Source: Eledone cirrhosa (lineage: Eukaryota). Taken from it: a DNA stretch of 64,000 nt. The translations under genes and the position numbers were made by a program. The notes under the pieces are model-generated. The model saw nothing but the letters and a program-made list of their open reading frames with translations, was not told where the DNA came from and did no database searches. Shown in pieces: positions 61,201-64,000 of this stretch. Where the stretch lies: contig OZ024741.1 in NCBI GenBank assembly GCA_964016885.1, forward strand, positions 407,774,001-407,838,000, read 5' to 3'. Numbering within the stretch: the first letter of the stretch is position 1; every line of letters starts with the position of its first letter.

Positions 61201-64000
61201 GTAGTGTTGGTACTGGTGGTGTTGGTGGTAGTGTTGGTACTGGTAGTGTTGTTGGTAGTGTTGGTACTGGTGGTGTTGTTGGTAGTGTTGGTACTGGTGG
61301 TGTTGGTGGTAGTGTTGGTACAGGTGGTGTTGGTGGTAGTGTTGGTACTGGTGGTGTTGGTGGTAGTGTTGGTACTGGTAGTGTTGTTGGTAGTGTTGGT
61401 ACTGGTACTGGTAGTGTTGGTGGTAGTGTTTGTACTTGTACTTGTGGTGTTGGTGGTAGTGTTGGTACTGGTACTGTTTGTGTTGGTGGTAGTGTTGGTA
61501 CTGGTACTGGTGGTGTTGGTGGTAGTGTTGGTAGTGGTACTGGTGGTGTTGGTGGTAGTATCTGTACTGGTACTGGTGGTGTTGGTGGTAGTGTTGGTAC
61601 TGGTGGTGTTGGTGGTACTGTTGGTACTGGTGGTGTTGGTGTTGGTGGTAGTGTTGATACTGGTGGTTATGGTGGTAGTGTTGGTACTGGTGGTGTTGGT
61701 GGTAGTGTTGGTACTGGTGGTGTTGGTGGTAGTGCTGGCACTGGTGGTGTTGGTGGTAGTGTTGGTACTGGTGGTGTTAGTGGTAGTGTTGGCACTGGTG
61801 GTGTTGGTGGTAGTGTTGGTACTGGTGGTGTTGGTGGTAGTGTTGGTACTGGTGGTGTTGGGGGTAGTGTTGGTACTGGTGGTGTTGGTGGTAGTGTTGG
61901 TACTGGTGGTGTTGGTGGTAGCGTTGGTACTGGTGGTGTTGGTGGTAGTGTTGGTACTGGTAGTGTTGTTGGTAGTGTTGGTACTGGTGGTGTTGGTGGT
62001 AGTGTTGGTACTGGTGGTGTTGGTGGTAGTGTTGGTACTGGTGGTGTTGGTGGTAGTGTTGGTACTGGTAGTGTTGTTGGTAGTGTTGGTACTGGTAGTG
62101 TTGTTGGTAGTGTTGGTATTGGTGGTGTTGGTGGTAGTGTTGGTACTGGTGGTGTTGGTGGTAGTGTTGGTACTGGTGGTGTTGGTGGTAGTGTTGGTAC
62201 TGGTGGTGTTGGTGGTAGCGTTGGTACTGGTGGTGTTGGTGGTAGTGTTGGTACTGGTAGTGTTGTTGGTAGTGTTGGTACTGGTGGTGTTGGTGGTAGT
62301 GTTGGTACTGGTGGTGTTGGTGGTAGTGTTGGTACTGGTGGTGTTGGTGGTAGTGTTGGTACTGGTAGTGTTGTTGGTAGTGTTGGTACTGGTAGTGTTG
62401 TTGGTAGTGTTGGTATTGGTGGTGTTGGTGGTAGCGTTGGTACTGGTGGTGTTGGTGGTAGTGTTGGTACTGGTAGTGTTGTTGGTAGTGTTGGTATTGG
62501 TGGTGTTGGTGGTAGTGTTGGTACTGGTGGTGTTGGTGGTAGTGTTGGTACTGGTGGTGTTGGTGGTAGTGTTGGTACTGGTGGTGTTGGTGGTAACGTT
62601 GGTACTGGTAGTGTTGTTGGTAGTGTTGGTATTGGTGGTGTTGGTGGTAGCGTTGGTACTGGTGGTGTTGGTGGTAGTGTTGGTACTGGTAGTGTTGTTG
62701 GTAGTGTTGGTATTGGTGGTGTTGGTGGTAGTGTTGGTACTGGTGGTGTTGGTGGTAGTGTTGGTACTGGTGGTGTTGGTGGTAGTGTTGGTACTGGTGG
62801 TGTTGGTGGTAGCGTTGGTACTGGTGGTGTTGGTGGTAGTGTTGGTACTGGTAGTGTTGTTGGTAGTGTTGGTACTGGTGGTGTTGGTGGTAGTGTTGGT
62901 ACTGGTGGTGTTGGTGGTAGTGTTGGTACTGGTGGTGTTGGTGGTAGTGTTGGTAATGGTGGTGATGGTGGTAGTGTTGGTATTGGTGGTGTTGGTGGTA
63001 GTGTTGGTATTAGTGGTGTTGGTGGTAGTGTTGGTACTGGTGGTGTTGGTGGTGGTGTTGGTACTGGTACTGGTGGTGTTGGTGGTAGTGTTGGAACTGG
63101 TACTGGTGGTGGTAGTGTTGGTATTGGTGGTGTTGGTGGTAGTGTTGGTACTGGTGGTGTTGGTGGTAGTGTTGGTACTGGTGGTGTTGGTGGTAGTGTT
63201 GGTACTGGTGGTGTTGGTGGTAGTGTTGGTACTGGTGGTGTTGGTGGTAGTGTTGGTACTGGTGGTGTTGGTGGTAGTGTTGGTACTGGTGGTGTTGGTG
63301 GTAGTGTTGGTACTGGTGGTGTTGGTGGTAGTGTTGGTACTGGTGGTGTTGGTGGTAGTGTTGGTACTGGTGGTGTTGGTGGTAGCGTTGGTACTGGTGG
63401 TGTTGGTGGTAGTGTTGGTACTGGTAGTGTTGTTGGTAGTGTTGGTACTGGTGGTGTTGTTGGTAGTGTTGGTACTGGTGGTGTTGGTGGTAGTGTTGGT
63501 ACAGGTGGTGTTGGTGGTAGTGTTGGTACTGGTGGTGTTGGTGGTAGTGTTGGTACTGGTAGTGTTGTTGGTAGTGTTGGTACTGGTGGTGTTGTTGGTA
63601 GTGTTGGTACTGGTGGTGTTGGTGGTAGTGTTGGTACAGGTGGTGTTGGTGGTAGTGTTGGTACTGGTGGTGTTGGTGGTAGTGTTGGTACTGGTAGTGT
63701 TGTTGGTAGTGTTGGTACTGGTACTGGTAGTGTTGGTGGTAGTGTTTGTACTTGTACTTGTGGTGTTGGTGGTAGTGTTGGTACTGGTACTGTTTGTGTT
63801 GGTGGTAGTGTTGGTACTGGTACTGGTGGTGTTGGTGGTAGTGTTGGTAGTGGTACTGGTGGTGTTGGTGGTAGTATCTGTACTGGTACTGGTGGTGTTG
63901 GTGGTAGTGTTGGTACTGGTGGTGTTGGTGGTACTGTTGGTACTGGTGGTGTTGGTGTTGGTGGTAGTGTTGATACTGGTGGTTATGGTGGTAGTGTTGG
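55250..64000 (+). repeat. 2,316-bp higher-order repeat block with at least 5 marker copies, one unit shortened to 1,500 bp
   Basis: TGTACTTGTACTTGT at 55299, 57615, 59931, 61431 and 63747 (spacings 2316, 2316, 1500, 2316). Confidence 0.93.

Larger units (their letters stand above)
1..64000 (+). repeat. 27-bp G/T-rich tandem repeat (minisatellite/satellite) array running off both window ends
   Basis: Consensus GGT GGT GTT GGT GGT AGT GTT GGT ACT is read throughout in one orientation. Near-perfect runs occur at e.g. 1020-1260, 24245-24485 and 51580-51820. No non-repeat sequence was seen. Confidence 0.99.
42840..64000 (+). repeat. 10,063-bp tandem duplication (first copy 42840-52902; second begins ~52903 and is extended by extra 2,316-bp units)
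   Basis: Offsets of exactly 10063: ORF pairs 43394/53457 and 44081/54144, and marker pair 45236/55299. Confidence 0.92.

Noticed and set aside
1-64000. CRISPR array (27 bp is within the CRISPR repeat size range)
   Set aside because: Monomers are directly adjacent with no unique spacers, and there is no leader or cas gene.
1-64000. Telomerase-synthesised long telomeric repeat as in budding yeasts
   Set aside because: Kilobase-scale duplications that carry variants indicate recombination or replication copying, not templated addition. The monomer matches no telomere repeat I recognise.
1-64000. Fungal RIP signature (TpG>TpA variants such as GGTGGT>GGTAGT)
   Set aside because: The vast majority of TpG sites are intact and G>T changes are also common, unlike RIP-mutated repeats.
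1-64000. Pure sequencing artefact (low-complexity noise)
   Set aside because: Rare variants recur at exact long-range offsets, which random error would not produce. Copy numbers of the near-identical units could still be mis-assembled.

Overview
The whole 64-kb window is one uninterrupted, single-orientation tandem array of a 27-bp monomer, consensus GGTGGTGTTGGTGGTAGTGTTGGTACT (13 G, 11 T, 2 A, 1 C; about 2,370 monomer equivalents). I see no unique flanking sequence, credible protein-coding gene, RNA gene, mobile element or CRISPR array. The huge ORFs follow from composition: every third base is T, which makes stop codons nearly impossible in three frames. Rare variant monomers reveal a nested duplication hierarchy: 188 bp, 1,316 bp, ~2.5 kb, ~2.9 kb, 3,348 bp, a 2,316-bp higher-order repeat whose marker count rises from 2 to 3 to at least 5 along the window, a ~22.6-kb near-identical macro-duplication, and a 10,063-bp jump-back duplication with a mappable junction. 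Diverged, frameshifted domains alternate with homogeneous in-register domains. Host and function (satellite, subtelomeric array, or decayed Gly-rich or Thr-rich coding repeat) cannot be determined from this window, and assembly artefact is not excluded for the most identical copies.
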